The notes: a model not told the origin generated them from the sequence alone. Counted from the first letter of the stretch, positions 13,498 through 26,166 are shown. The stretch is DNA of 64,000 bases from Gracilinanus agilis (GCF_016433145.1 NC_058135.1:279931875-279995874), one strand, 5' to 3'. Numbers and translations: made by a program.

Positions 13498-13843
13498 CTG
13501 GATCCTTTAGGGTGTAGACAAAACTCCAAGGGGAGTACTAACTGAGAACCTTCACCTTCGTAGGTCTCCAATTTAAAACCTTGATCCAAAGTCAAGAAAA
13601 AAAGAATTTATGGAAAGTGTTTCTGGCAATGGAAGATAAAAATTCAGTTTTCCAGGTCATGCTCTGTTGTCATCAGCCATCATTGTCCCTTAGATCTTGG
13701 TGACAGTAAGATCACCAAATAGCTAAGGGAAAGGAGATCTGTTTCTAATCAAAATAACAAATGAATAATGAAAACAATCAAATATGAGACTTGTCCAGTG
13801 GACATTGTTCCAAATTAAGAAATGAAGGCTTTCTGTGGCTTTT
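13498..13843 (-). other. Predicted non-coding first exon of G1 (intron 10532-13497)
   Basis: Donor CAG|GTAGGT at 13500-13492 is conserved in all four units. The acceptor is a pyrimidine tract plus CAG, with 29 nt between it and the ATG. Inferred; no transcript data. Confidence 0.55.
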
Positions 13844-14000
13844 GATCAGAAACTTCTAGTACTGTTTTACAAGAATTGAAATATTAGTGTTCTAAAGCAA
13901 AAGGGCTTCTTTCAGGACATCCAGAGTCATCCTGTGTGCACCTCTTAAAAGTACATAAGAGGATACCCAAGTCTCTGGGGATGCAATCATGATTAGTTAA
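13843..14000 (-). promoter_or_regulatory. Putative G1 promoter with a degenerate TATA (TGTAAAA)
   Basis: Homologous to the other three promoters. TGTAAAA at 13871-13865; the homeodomain position reads GATTAG. Confidence 0.45.
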
Positions 14001-14339
14001 GGAACTCATGGATGTATTCAGATATTGTTGTTAGGGCTTCTCTGTGGTACAGAGAGCATATGGCTGCTCTCAAAGGAGAAAAGAAATCAGGGCCATGAGT
14101 TCACTAGGTATAGAACTGATAGAGCCACCTCATGGACAAAAGGAAAACATGCAAGTGATGAGAAAAGTCCCTTGGGCCCCAAGCACATTGCCTTCTTAGA
14201 ATGCAGTTTTCATCTATTTGTCTTGTTGAATGAAAATAACAAGTGAGGTAGGGACAATGTATGCAAAGATTTGACTGACTAATAATTTTACAGAGTAATT
14301 AATGACAATGATGCAAGAAAGAAGAAAATAAATTAAATA

Positions 14340-14785
14340 GAGTGCAATTCTAATGGGTTGGCCATGCCATTCCAATGGCAAATACATGATTTCCTAAAAA
14401 GAGAATTTCACAGTGAATTCACATAAGGCAAGCACTCATTCAAAGCCTAGAAGAAGCAAAATAAGAACACTCTCCAGGTCTCTCAGAAGAATTTTAGTAT
14501 CTGCTGTGAGATATGGGAGGTGTCCAACATGGCAAGTCTACATCAAAGAACATGGTGTTTCATGAGCAAATCAGAATCACAGTAGTTAGTACAAAGGAAA
14601 CATGAGATGCACAAATCCAGAGACAGCTCCATTCCGCATGTTCAAACTGACTATTTGTGTCTGACCTGTGGCTCAGTCCCTACTGAGCTAATATGGAGTG
14701 GATTAGTCAGTCAAACACACTATGCCTTGATCCCAACCTCCTGATGTCATTGATCCTCTTCAAACAATAAATAACAAACAAAAGC
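14340..14785 (+). mobile_element. RTE 3' remnant, paralogous copy of the same insertion as 33170-36708
   Basis: Matches 36115-36708 and ends at the same junction (ccatagccatg...ctagaac) in psi1. Confidence 0.85.
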
Positions 14786-15435
14786 CATAGCCATGTAATG
14801 ACTAGAACATGGTTGAAAATAGAGGAAGATTCCTATTCCACAGAATACGAGGACTGATCTGAGATGGCTTGCTGGTGGCTTTCAGGAGGATAGGTTCTCA
14901 TGATGGTTTCAAAGATGATTAAGAGTACTTGTAAGACGATAAGAAGGGCAAAAAACTCATTGATTTACACAATATACTAAACCAGTTACCGAAGTATATC
15001 TCAGACCAGGGGAAAGTTGTGAGCGCAATAAAGTAACAGAAAAAGTTATATACCACTTTGGAACTACAGAAGAAAAAACCCCAAAAGATCATCTGTGTAT
15101 ATGGAGGAACTCATAAAGTCATAAACACAAAAAACAATGGCCAAATTAGGAAATCTGCTTAATGCCATGGTAGTGGTACAAAGGAGTATCTTATAATAAT
15201 AATATTATAATATAATAATAACATAATAAAAATTACATAAGATCATAGATGAGGAGAAAAATTTTAGAACTGAAAAAGAAAACAAGTAAAAAAAAAACAT
15301 GTCCATTGTAGGAAATCCATTGTAGCAAATGACTTGTTCTCCATGAAGAACCAAGTTATCAGTATTGCAGTAATGGCTAGAGTAGTTAAAATCCATAAAG
15401 AGATATTACTGAGCAAAAAGTGCATAAGTGTAAGG
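14786..15435 (-). pseudogene. OR5B-like pseudogene fragment psi1 (TM2 to ECL3), frameshifted
   Basis: Minus-strand translations TLMHFLLSNISL (~[12 protein letters not shown]), DFNYSS...VICYNG...MFFF (~DLGYSS...[14 protein letters not shown]) and SSSIYTDD (~SSSIHTGN). Truncated by an RTE 3' end at ~14785; the N-terminus is replaced by LTR-like and L2 sequence. Confidence 0.85.
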
Positions 15436-15619
15436 ATAGGGAAATCCCAGTATTTAAGGACTTTTGCTTGAATTGAATTCAAAAAGCATTAGTGAACTAG
15501 GACAAACTTTGGTACTTGAGTTCTTTCTTAATACATTAAGATTGGAGGGTGAGCAAATGCTTAGATTTTTCTGGATAGGTATAGATCCTTGCACCCTGCT
15601 TCTCACACTGTGAACCTGA

Positions 15620-17030
15620 ATAAAGCAAATAATTCATGATCCTACTCTATTTCTTTTCTCCCCATTCTCATACTAGGGGACTTCAACATACATATTGATA
15701 CTCCCTCAAGTATCCTAAATCTCACACTTCCTCAACTTCCTCATCTCCCATGACCTGTGCTTAACCTCAGATACAGACTGATTTATCCTTGATTTTGACA
15801 TCACCCACAAATGTTTCCACTTTTGTGTTTAAAATTATTGAAATCCCCTTATATAATTATGTTATTATAATAGATGGTAATATAGAAATAGATTGTGATG
15901 CCCTTCCCTCTTTTTTTGACTTGCATCCTCAAACCTTGTTCTTTATCAACATCATAATATCAGTTCCTTCATACTTTTTTTGTCTCCCAGGGTATCACTT
16001 CTCTACTAGCTACGATTTCGTTCTTTCCTTATAATAAGCCACTTCTGAACCAGTTCAGCTCTAGTCTGTCCTCTTCCCTGGAGGTGTTTAGCCACTTATT
16101 TTATATAAGTTCTTGGCTTACCAAGACTTATTCTTGGATCACTCCCATAATTCACTGCTTTTGATTTGATTTGATAAATGTTCATTTATTGCCAACTATA
16201 TCCATAGCACTATGCTGAGTGCCAAGGATATAAATAAGAAAAACAAAGATTGCTTCTGCCCCCAAGAAGTCTACCATTTAAACAAAGCTGAAGAAATACC
16301 TGGAGAAGAGGCATAATAATGATTATGGAATCAGTGGTATGATGATGGTGATGATTATGAAATCAAGACCAAGCTGAGCAGCTGGTGGTAGATGAGGCTG
16401 AGATTTAGTGCCATTAATAAAGGGACATTGGCAAAAGTCTGTATGCTTCTCACTGAAACCCTTAATTAGAAGGGCATAATGAACTGGGAGTTCTTATGAT
16501 TTGTCATTATCAAAATTGATCTCCATGATGATAAGTAACTGGTAATGATCTAATCCTGGAGAAAGGGGAAGGGCACGATGATGATAAAGTTGGAGGCAAA
16601 ACTAGGAAGAGCAGCTGGTAGACATTTGTTTGTTTTTTCCCATACATGTGCTACTGATGGAATCTGGACAGGAAAATAATAAAACAGTATCGACTAGGTG
16701 CACTATAAATCTAGATTTTATAACCAAAATCAAATTTCCATCCTTTTGTTTTCCTAATTACTTTAGTATTCTCACCACAACGGGTCTTCCAAATCTTTTC
16801 AGTCATCCTCCAATCTCTAATGACTCCCCATCCCCTCACTTGCTCACCTGAAAATATTTTATTGAAGAAATTAGAAGCCATTCACTGAAAGCTACATCTT
16901 CTACCTCATCTCAAATCACCCAGATGCCCTTTGCCATCATCTCTTCATTCCCTTTTGACTTACATGAGGGAAAGTCACCTCCCCCTGCCAAATCCCTCCA
17001 CATCACCACATTAACCCATTCTATCCTATC
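15620..17030. mobile_element. L2 fragments; paralogous tracts at ~37290-38300 and ~50290-50810
   Basis: Degenerate L2-like sequence (aaatgttcatttatt...cactatgctgagtg; ccattcactgaaagctac...cacccagatgcc). Confidence 0.6.
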
Positions 17031-17039
17031 TTATCTGGT

Positions 17040-18330
17040 TAAGAGTAAATAGTCCCTACTAGCAAAGTCCACAAATTAAAATATATGGGCAAAACATTCC
17101 TCTTAGGAGATGACTATATTCCTATTGTGAAGCCCAGTCACCACTTTGACAGTAAAAGCTGAAGGATAAATACAACTTACCACATGGAAAATGGGAGGCA
17201 TTTTAATTAGCTGCAGATTCTAAAATACCTAATGACATGAATACAGTCCTTTTGTCAACTCGTTTCAGTTGTACTCTAGTATTGTGACCTCTTTACTTCA
17301 CATTGTCTAGTGAGAGGCAATGACCTAAATGGAAATGCCTTAGGGATTTTCCTCCTGAGACCATGTAGCCCCATTAGTTTTTATGGAATTCTACATTTGA
17401 TATTTTTATCCCTTTCTTTGTCCAGGGAGTGAAATATCTACCCTTGGATGTCATAAAGAGTCAGGAGAATGAACTCCAGGAACACAATACTTGAAGTTCA
17501 CACCAAATTTTGTAGACATTTGAACACTAATGTTCTGAGGGGCAAAGAACAATCTCTAAAGTGATCTCCAGAAGTGTATCTCAAGAAGATATGAGAGGCA
17601 CAGATTCATCTCACAGTTCTCCATCTGGATGTGAACTTGATGAGATTATATTTATGAATTGACCTAAATTCTGAGCTTGTTCTCCCAAGAAACTGAAGTG
17701 GTACAGAGTGAGTTATGTCTCCAAGGTACTTGGGAACATATTCATGCATTTTTTCTTGTCATATCTTAGAATCAAATATTCCTTTGACAAATTTGATTAA
17801 TGATAAATAGAATTGGAGCACTAGTCATTGATTCATAACAAAGTTTCATGGTTATAATTTCATTCAAAATAATGGGTAATGTTATTTGGGGTGTAGAAGC
17901 TTTGAATTAATAAAATCCTCTGAGAAAAAAAGAATATGACCTGATATGTGGTGCAACTAGGCAGAAAAATTGGATTAATCTTTCTCATAGACAAGTAGTG
18001 TCCTGTCCAGAAAGGTGCCAAGAAAAAATAACAAAGGACCCTTGATGGATGGTTTCACTGCTGAATAGCTTCTATCCATGGTCATGAATACAAGTAAAGG
18101 ACAAATAGTATTACCACATATACTGCTCCATTTATAATAAAAAACACAATCTTAATGAGTTGTTTTAAATATTAAGGTGTTCATAATAATATGAGGCTTT
18201 CTATCATGCCACAGTGACTTTTTTCTAAAAAAAAAATACAGTAGAGGCCACTGAAAAGATGAAGTTCATTATTAAAAAGATTTTTAAAAGCCAAAAATAT
18301 AAAAAGAAACAATTGCAAATTAGTTAAACT
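17040..18330. repeat. Low-copy non-coding block D (paralogs 38300-39680, 51830-53870; divergent copy ~5950-6420)
   Basis: Colinear similarity visible by eye across the three main copies; not recognised as a transposon. Confidence 0.8.
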
Positions 18331-18513
18331 ATAGACATAAATCACAGAATAGGAAAGGAATAAGAAAAAATGGAAATAAAAAATGAAAACGTTTTATTTC
18401 TTGACTCAATGAACTTTCTCTGACTGTTCCCCATGCTCCAAATACATATTTTCCTTCTTCATTGTTTCCTATTAGCTTCCTTGAAATCCCAACTCAAATC
18501 CCATCTTCTATAG

Positions 18514-18677
18514 CAGGGGTCGGCAACGCTTTTGGCTGTGAGAGCCATAAACGCCACATTTTTTAAAATGTAATTTCGTGAGAGCCATACAGTGCTCACA
18601 GTGCCACTCCTGTAACAGTGCCTGAAAAAAATTACTTTATGGCTTCTGCAGAAAGAGCTATACGTTGCCAACCCCTG
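18514..18677. mobile_element. hAT-superfamily MITE
   Basis: 15-bp TIRs CAGGGGTYGGCAACG (1 mismatch), 8-bp TSD TTCTATAG/TTCTAGAG, repeated subterminal GAGCCATA motifs, and empty sites in paralogs (~40435, ~53990, ~54620). Confidence 0.92.
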
Positions 18678-19649
18678 TTCTAGAGGAAGGCTTTTCTAAC
18701 TGCTTTAATTCTAATGCCTTCCCCCTGTTACATCTACTATTTATCCTATGTTAAAAATACTTCTCATACCCACAGCTTTGAGAGGTAAACAATCTTCTCC
18801 TATTTTTAAGTGTATAATCTTTAATGTTAAGGTTACAAATCTATTCAAAATGAATTGCAGAATAAGATGTAATGTAATAACTTCTGCCAGACTGCTTTTT
18901 TAGTTTTCCCAGCAGTTTTTAACAAATAAGGGATTTTTTTTCTATAGGTCATTTTATGTTTTTTGGAAAGCAAACCAGGTATCCTTCAAAGAGAGTTTAG
19001 TGGAATAAAGATATCAGCTCTGATTCCTTTACTTTCACTCACTTTCTCTAAGGTCTCTTAAATTCCTTCAGGCAAGAAGAGTTGAGTTTTTTAACTTAAC
19101 CCATTACAGGCCATCTAAATTCTGAACTAAGTTTAGAGACAAAACCCCACAATTTAGGACAAAATCAATTAATTGTAAATAGGGTCAATAAATAAATTAT
19201 ACAGAGACACTATCAATCTTCTCAAAGCAATTGATAAGGAACAAGTTCCCAAAAACACTAAAATTCTCAGCAGTGATTCTGAAGATATCAAAGAATTGGA
19301 AGCAAAGTAGATGCCTGCTAATAGAGGAAGGGCTAAAAGAACTGTGGAACTTGACTGTAGTGAAATATTACTGTACTATAAGGAATGATGTGGCTAATGA
19401 ATACAAAGGGCTGATGAATACAATGGAGAAAATGTATGGAGGAACAAATTTGAACTTGATATTGGGGGAAATTTCTAATCCAATGGTGCTGAACAAAACT
19501 GAAACAGGTATCCTCAAAAGGCAGGGATTTCCCCTGCTTAGATCTGTCTATAAACAGAGGCTAGATTCTTGGGAATGTTGAGTAGAGATTTACTTTGTGT
19601 CTGAGTTAGATTATAAGACCACTGAGGTCTATTCCAACCCTCAAATTCT

Positions 19650-19689
19650 TTTATTCGTTGATTGTAATACTATATGATATGAATTTATT
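19650..19689 (-). promoter_or_regulatory. Candidate poly(A) signals for G2 (AATAAA x2)
   Basis: Minus-strand AATAAA at 19689-19684 and 19655-19650. Homologous hexamers at 42863-42858 and 42826-42821 (G3), 57664-57659 and 57631-57626 (G4), and 7693-7688 (G1). The context is AT-rich and there is no clear GU-rich downstream element. Confidence 0.3.
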
Positions 19690-19939
19690 TATCAAAGATA
19701 ACTCTTTGAAAATAAAAAAATGCCAAACCCTAGCAATTTTGGTATTGTGCGAATCCAGGTGAACGAGGACTTTTATTTCCATGTTTAAAAATTTTAGACT
19801 TTGTGAAAGGCAGTGAAAGAATAATGTATTAAGTTCTTACTAGGTATCAGTCACTATGCAAAGTATGTGATTAGCTGTATGATCATGGAAAATTATTTAA
19901 ACTCTCAGTTCTCTCACACCATCTTCTAGAATATATGTG

Positions 19940-20135
19940 AGAGCAGAGAGGTGGCTCAGAAGACCAGGAGCCAGACTTGGAGACAGGACATCCTGAGTTT
20001 GAATCTGGCCTCAGACACTTCCTACCTGTGTGACCCTGGGCAAGTCACTTAATCCCCATTGCCTAGCCCTCACCACTCATCTGCCTTGGAACCAACACAA
20101 GGTATTAATTTTTAAAAGGAAGGTAGGTTGGGTTT
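19940..20135 (+). mobile_element. Opossum SINE1
   Basis: Match to the other copies. Confidence 0.85.
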
Positions 20136-20709
20136 TTTTTAAAGAATATATCAGAGCATACTTTGCCAATCTGCATCTGAAGAGGAAGTTGCTACCCTGG
20201 AAATTCAACACTTCACTACTTTCCCAATTCAGAATCCCTACCAAATGCAAAAGACCAGAGAGAATAAAGGGGGATTTTCTACTAGATTTTTTCCACAGAA
20301 CATTGAGCTCATTAATACAGTGATGATTCAAATGGATAGTAAATGGAAGACCCATAAGGGCTGATGAGTACAGCATATATAACTTTTATGACTTTTATGA
20401 CATGGGAATATTTTTAAAGCTCCTGTTAAAAAATGAGCAGATATTTGAAGTTCAGACCTCACAACTGAGAGTTGAAGTGAAAAAATCCATATTACCCAAT
20501 TTTTTAAAATTAAGAATCATAGAATCATATGCATGGAATCAGATGTCAAAAAAGGGGAGTTTTCCAAATTCAGGATGTAAAGAGAGAATTTACTATTTAT
20601 GATCCACAGATAATAAAGGATGTGTGACCCTTTGGGTATATGTACGATAAAGATTATAGAGTGAAAGAAAATAACTTGAATACATTTTTCCTTAATTAAA
20701 AGGAGATAC

Positions 20710-21639
20710 CTAGTGAAGGCTTTGTCTCCCCATGATTTTCCTAAAAGCATTGTTAACCTCCTTATTCCTCAGACTATAGACAAGAGGATTCAACATGGGG
20801 ATGACCATGGTGTAGAACACTGAAGCCACTTTGGCTGTGTCCATGGAATGGCTAGAGATAGGTTGTAAGTACATGAAGATCACTGTTCCATAAAATATGG
20901 ATACAGCTGTGAGATGGGAAGCACAGGTAGAGAATGCTTTCTGGCGGCCCTCAGCTGAACGCATCCTCAAAATGGCAATGAAAATGAAAAAATAGGATTT
21001 CATGATGAAAAAAAGGGCAAAAAATACATTGAATCCTACAGCAAAGAAGACAACTAATTCATTGATGTATGTGATAGAACGAGAGAGAACTAAAAGGGGT
21101 GGAATATCACAGAAAAAGTGATGAATCATGTTGGAATTACAGAAGTCAAGGCTAAAGGTGTTTCCTGTGTGAAGGGAGGAAAAAAGAATACCAAGGATAG
21201 AGGTTCCAATCACCAGACAGACACATACACTGGACGTCATTGTCCTGGTATAATGGAGGGGTTTACACACAGCTACCTGGCGATCATAGGCCATAGCAGC
21301 CAGGAGGTAACTTTCAACAGTGGCAAAATACACAAAGAAGAACATTTGTGTGGCACACCCACTATAGGAGATGGTTTTGTCCTCTAGGAGGAATCCAGCC
21401 ATCACTTTAGGAGTGATGGTGGAAGAGTAGCCCATATCTGACAGAGAGAGGTTACTGAGGAAAAAGTACATTGGTGTGTGAAGACGAGAGTCCCACAATA
21501 TTAGGACTATCATGCCCAGGTTCCCCACCAGGGTGATGAGGTAGATGATAGTGAATATTATGAAGAGGGGGACCTGAAGCTCAGGGGCATCTGTTAATCC
21601 AGCAAGGATGAACTCCTTCACCTCTGAACAGTTCTCCAT
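20710..21639 (-). CDS. Olfactory receptor, OR5B-like (G2), 309 aa
   Basis: Complete ORF with all OR signature motifs; closest paralog of G1. Confidence 0.96.
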   Translation of the reverse strand: MENCSEVKEFILAGLTDAPELQVPLFIIFTIIYLITLVGNLGMIVLILWDSRLHTPMYFFLSNLSLSDMGYSSTITPKVMAGFLLEDKTISYSGCATQMFFFVYFATVESYLLAAMAYDRQVAVCKPLHYTRTMTSSVCVCLVIGTSILGILFSSLHTGNTFSLDFCNSNMIHHFFCDIPPLLVLSRSITYINELVVFFAVGFNVFFALFFIMKSYFFIFIAILRMRSAEGRQKAFSTCASHLTAVSIFYGTVIFMYLQPISSHSMDTAKVASVFYTMVIPMLNPLVYSLRNKEVNNAFRKIMGRQSLH

Positions 21640-22252
21640 AAATGCTTGTAGTTATTTGGGCGATTCCCCTGGAAAAGAGAATAACAATAAGAATTAATTA
21701 TAAAAATTATCATGCTTCTCTGAGACTGATAGAATCATATTTCATAAAATATAAAAGTGAAAAATGTTTGCATAAAAATTGGGTTTTTTGATGCATGATA
21801 AATTAATATCATTTTAATGTTGCAGGATTTTTCAGCAGGCAACATAAGGTCTCCTATTCCTTAAGATAAATATTGAACAGGTTCAACCTTCATAGTTCCC
21901 ATGACCTTTGTCTTTACTATTCATCAGCCACATATATTGTGGCCATGATATTGATTTGATTATGTCTTCAACTCAATGACTCAGAACTCAGAACTGTCTT
22001 TTTTGAACATAGCCTTCTGTCTTTCCTTAAAATGTTCTGCCTCACTCTCTCTGACTAGATTTACTCCAACCCATGAACACCATTTCCTACATCCCAATCA
22101 TTTTGCCAAGTTCATCTCCCCTGGATTGGTCTCATTCTTTCCCCATATTGACCCTATGATTATTATTGCTTCAACTCTACACCATTACCTACACTAAAAT
22201 TCCTTACTCATTTGTCCTTTCACCAGTCACTCCAAAAAAAATTATACTCTTC

Positions 22253-22952
22253 CGCTAAAAGAATGCCTGCCCTTTGATCTAGCCATACCATTCCTGGATT
22301 TGTACCCCCAAAGAGATCATAGATAAAAAGTCTTGTACAAAAATATTCATAGCCGCACTCTTTGTGGTGGCAAAAAACTGGAAAATGAGGGTATGCCCTT
22401 CAATTGGGGAATGGCTGAACAAATTGTGTTATATGCTGGTGATGGAATACTATTGTGCTCAAAGGAATAATAAACTGGAGGAATTCCATGTGGACTGGAG
22501 AGACCTCCAGGAATTGATACAGAGTGAAAGGAGCAGAGCCAAAAGAACATTGTACACAGAGACTGATACACTGTGGTAAAATCGAATGTAATAGACTTCT
22601 GTACTAGCAGCAATGCAATGACCCAGGACAATTCTGAGGAATTTATGGAAAAGAAAGTTACCCACATTCAGAGAAAGACCTACAGAAGTGGAAACAAAGA
22701 AGAAAAACAACTGCTTGAACACATGAGTTGATGCAGACATGATTGGGGATGTAGACTCGAAATGACTACAACAATGCAACTATCAATAATATGTAAATAA
22801 GTCTTGATTGATGACACATGTTAAAACCAGTGGAAATGTGCATCAGCTATGGGGGGAGGTATTTGGGGGGGAAAGAGGAAAGTAAGAACATGAATCATGT
22901 AACCATGGAAAATTTTTCTAAAAAAATCAAATAAATAAATAAATTAACAAAC
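22253..22952 (+). mobile_element. Young 5'-truncated opossum L1 3' end in the G2 intron
   Basis: ORF2 C-terminus and 3'UTR ending gaatcatgtaaccatggaaaa plus an A-rich tail. TSD ATTATRCTCTTC at 22241-22252 and 22953-22964; absent from the G3 intron. Confidence 0.9.
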
Positions 22953-25069
22953 ATTATGCTCTTCACATAATTGTAACAGACCCACAAATACAGAGCTGAA
23001 AATGGTCCATAATTATGCTGAGTGGCTTCTCCATTGAATCATGTTTTTATCTAGTCACTAACACTTTCCCTGGGCCAAAGTAATTCAGTTATTCTTCCCC
23101 AATTAGCTCTTTATCACACTTCCCTATCCACTTTCTTCCCCTTGAACCAACAAAGGAATATGTCATCCCTCTTGGATTCTCTCTCCCTTCTCCATACTCC
23201 AAAACTCCTTTTCATTATTCCCTGTGACCTTTTGCTTTATACCTATTGTAGAGAAAGAGGTTGATCTTCTTACCGCCAAGATTAATCTATGCATACACTT
23301 CAACTAGACTCATCCTACCTCCTCCAAAAATACTAATACACAGAAGTTGTATAGCACTTTGGCTTTGGACCATGTTTTATTAATATTACTTCATTTTATC
23401 CTCATAATAAAAATGGAATGTAAGTGCTACACCTATTTTATAGAGGATAAAACAGGAGACAAAAATAAGAGACTTGCTAAGGGTCATGTAGTAATCTAAT
23501 ATCTGAAGCCCAATTAATACTAAACTCTCCCCAAGAAACTACCCTCTCAATCACTCCTCTATTCTAGTTTCTTCCTTTTATATGATTCCTCACTATCAAT
23601 TATCTACAATAATGCCCATATTCTGTAATCATTTTAAAAATGCATCTTCCACATAACTACAATTTGATATTGCTGAAGCACAGATATTCTTTATCTCTCT
23701 AGTGCTCAGTGTTCTTCAGTGGAACCCTACTTTTTCTAAGATAAAACATGAATTCCAGTGTTTCACATTTAAAATCCTTCACCAATTCTCTCCATTGTCC
23801 CTTTCCAGATTGATTTCACATCATTCCCCCTCTCATGAGTCATACATGTTATATATGCCAGGCAGACTGATCAACATCAATTTCTCCATCCATGATTCCC
23901 CATCTCCTACTTATTGCCTTCTTATAAGCTGCTTTCCATCCCTCTAAAGTCCTTTCTCTTCAACTCTTCCTCTTAGAATCCCTGGCTACCTGAAATGTTC
24001 AGCTCAAATGCCAACTCTTATACTCAGATCATTTCCTGTTCCTCTCATAGTTTCTGCCCTCCATTAAAAGTTTATATTTCCTTGGTATATATTTTCCATT
24101 AATTTATCTACATAAACAGGTTTTCCACAAGTAGGATATAAGATCATTGAAGGTAATAAATATTTGTGATATGTGTGTGTTTGTGTATGGAAGAGGGGAT
24201 TACCAGAGATTAACACAATGTCTGGAATATAGTCAGCCCTAAATATATACTTATTGAATTAATTGCATTAATAAAATTGAACTTGTAAGATCAAGAATTT
24301 CTCCATAAAGTCTTAGAGATTTGTTCATTTAAAATAGAGAGTAACCTTTTAGGTCATCTACTCCAGCCCTTCATGTATAAATGACCTGCCCAAAGTCTAT
24401 ATGATTTAGTCAGGATTCGAACCATACCACTCTAGTTATAAATATTTCCCTCTTTAAGGAAGCTTGATTTGGGGAAAGAAAACTAGAGTTAAAATTGCTG
24501 GACACTAGTCCTATCATTACCAGTGACTTACTCTGGGTCTTTAAGGAGCTCACCTTCCTAACCTGTGTCTGTTACATCATCTCATCTGCAGGATGAGGGA
24601 GTAAGACTACAAGGTCTTTCTTGCATCCAAAATGTGCAGTGTGACCTATGCAATTAGAACACTTTAAATCAAGGGCAAATGGGGAGATTTTTACCATTAA
24701 AATGAAAATATGGCTTACAATTGCTGGAAGAGATTTTTAAAATTCAGAGTTCACCATTCTTAATGGTATGTTTTGAAATTCATGGGGAAACAAAGTATAT
24801 TTGAAATAATGGCAATTGATGGTGTGGCAAGACTCTTTAATTTAGGGTGAGAATACATCATTTGAATTCCAGTCTACTTTTACTACATGTCTCACCTCAG
24901 CTAAGGCCCATTATCATCTCAGAAGTTCAATGTGTTCATCTACAAAACTGGATGATCCCTAAAGTCTTTACCCAATCTTAAGATCTATTAGGGACATGAA
25001 ATAGCATTGAGGATAGAGTGAAGGATGTGGAATCAAGGAGGAGCTGACTTCAAATTTTATTTAGGACAC

Positions 25070-26166
25070 TGAGGAAAGGGATTTGCAGAAAGATTTCAAG
25101 CAATGTACAGATGCAGAAAAATCAAGAAGAGGAGATGGAATGTTGGTGAGAGAGGATTCTGAGAGAGCAAAAGACAGTTGGAGCCTGGGGGTCTTTGGGG
25201 ACTTGAACTCTGTGGGGGGAGATAGCTCTGGACCTTGCTCCAGACTCCACCAGCAAATCCTGAACTGAAAGTGATTCCTGTGAAAGAACTAGTAAAATCC
25301 TGTACCTGATTCCTCAATCCTTGGAGATCTACCTGTGTGGACTCAATCAAACTATATTCTGCCTGAGGGGTTTTGCCCTGAGGGTGGACTGAACTGAGCC
25401 AGCAGTGAACCTCTAATCCAAACCTGCTAACATTCTAGTGACTTGATTGATTTCTTAGCCTATTAATTTAGATATTGAACCATCCAGATTAGAGGGGATC
25501 TTTATAGTTGCTTTGGCTGTGGCCAAGGGCAGAAGACTGTAGTCCATTGGGTAGATAGCTAGGGATTCCTGTTTCCCACTTTCCTGATCCAATCTAGTTA
25601 CCATTCCCTTCAATAATTCAATTTATAAAGAAGTTATAGTAGTTAGATCAATTGGCCATAAGGGCATATCGGCTTGGGGATATCTTAGAGTGAGAGAGTC
25701 TACTTCATTTGGACAAAGTCAAGTCCCAATCACCCAGCATTCTCTCTCTCTCTTGCATACTTCCCCAGAGGGAAAACACTAAAGAAAACTAGGTAAAAGT
25801 AAAATTCCTAGCAAACCAGCATTCCTCTTTCCTAAGTTGTTTGTTTCTTTCTGGCACAGTTGCTGTGTTATCCCTTGTCACACAAGCTAAGCTGGGCCAG
25901 CTCAGAGAGCCCAAAAGGGCACTTGCTCCCTGAGTTTTGTAGAAGCTGCCCAGTCAGACCAAGTTACACAAAACATTCTTGGTCACCAGTTACAAACTTG
26001 CAATGCTTCTTCATTCACCATTTAACTGTCCTCAAGTAAGGGCAGAGAGAGACATCCAGTTTAATCTCTGTCTTAGAGGGGAGGCATCCTGTTAGGTCAG
26101 GTCACGTTAAAACCTGACCACCCATTTCAACCACCTTTCAGGATCTTCCCAATTTACTTTTTAACA
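25070..26166 (+). mobile_element. Solo ERV LTR in the G2 intron
   Basis: TG...CA termini and 4-bp TSD ACAC (25066-25069, 26167-26170). It splits a MIR-like element that is uninterrupted in units 1, 3 and 4. Orientation is inferred. Confidence 0.85.

Noticed and set aside
15429-15607. TG...CA segment capping psi1, possibly a short LTR
   Set aside because: No TSD was found and it is too short to call with confidence.
21640-21700. G2 5'UTR resembles G3/G4 more than G1, suggesting a discordant tree
   Set aside because: Intron indels and the shared RTE group units 1 and 2. Faster decay of G1 explains the UTR pattern.
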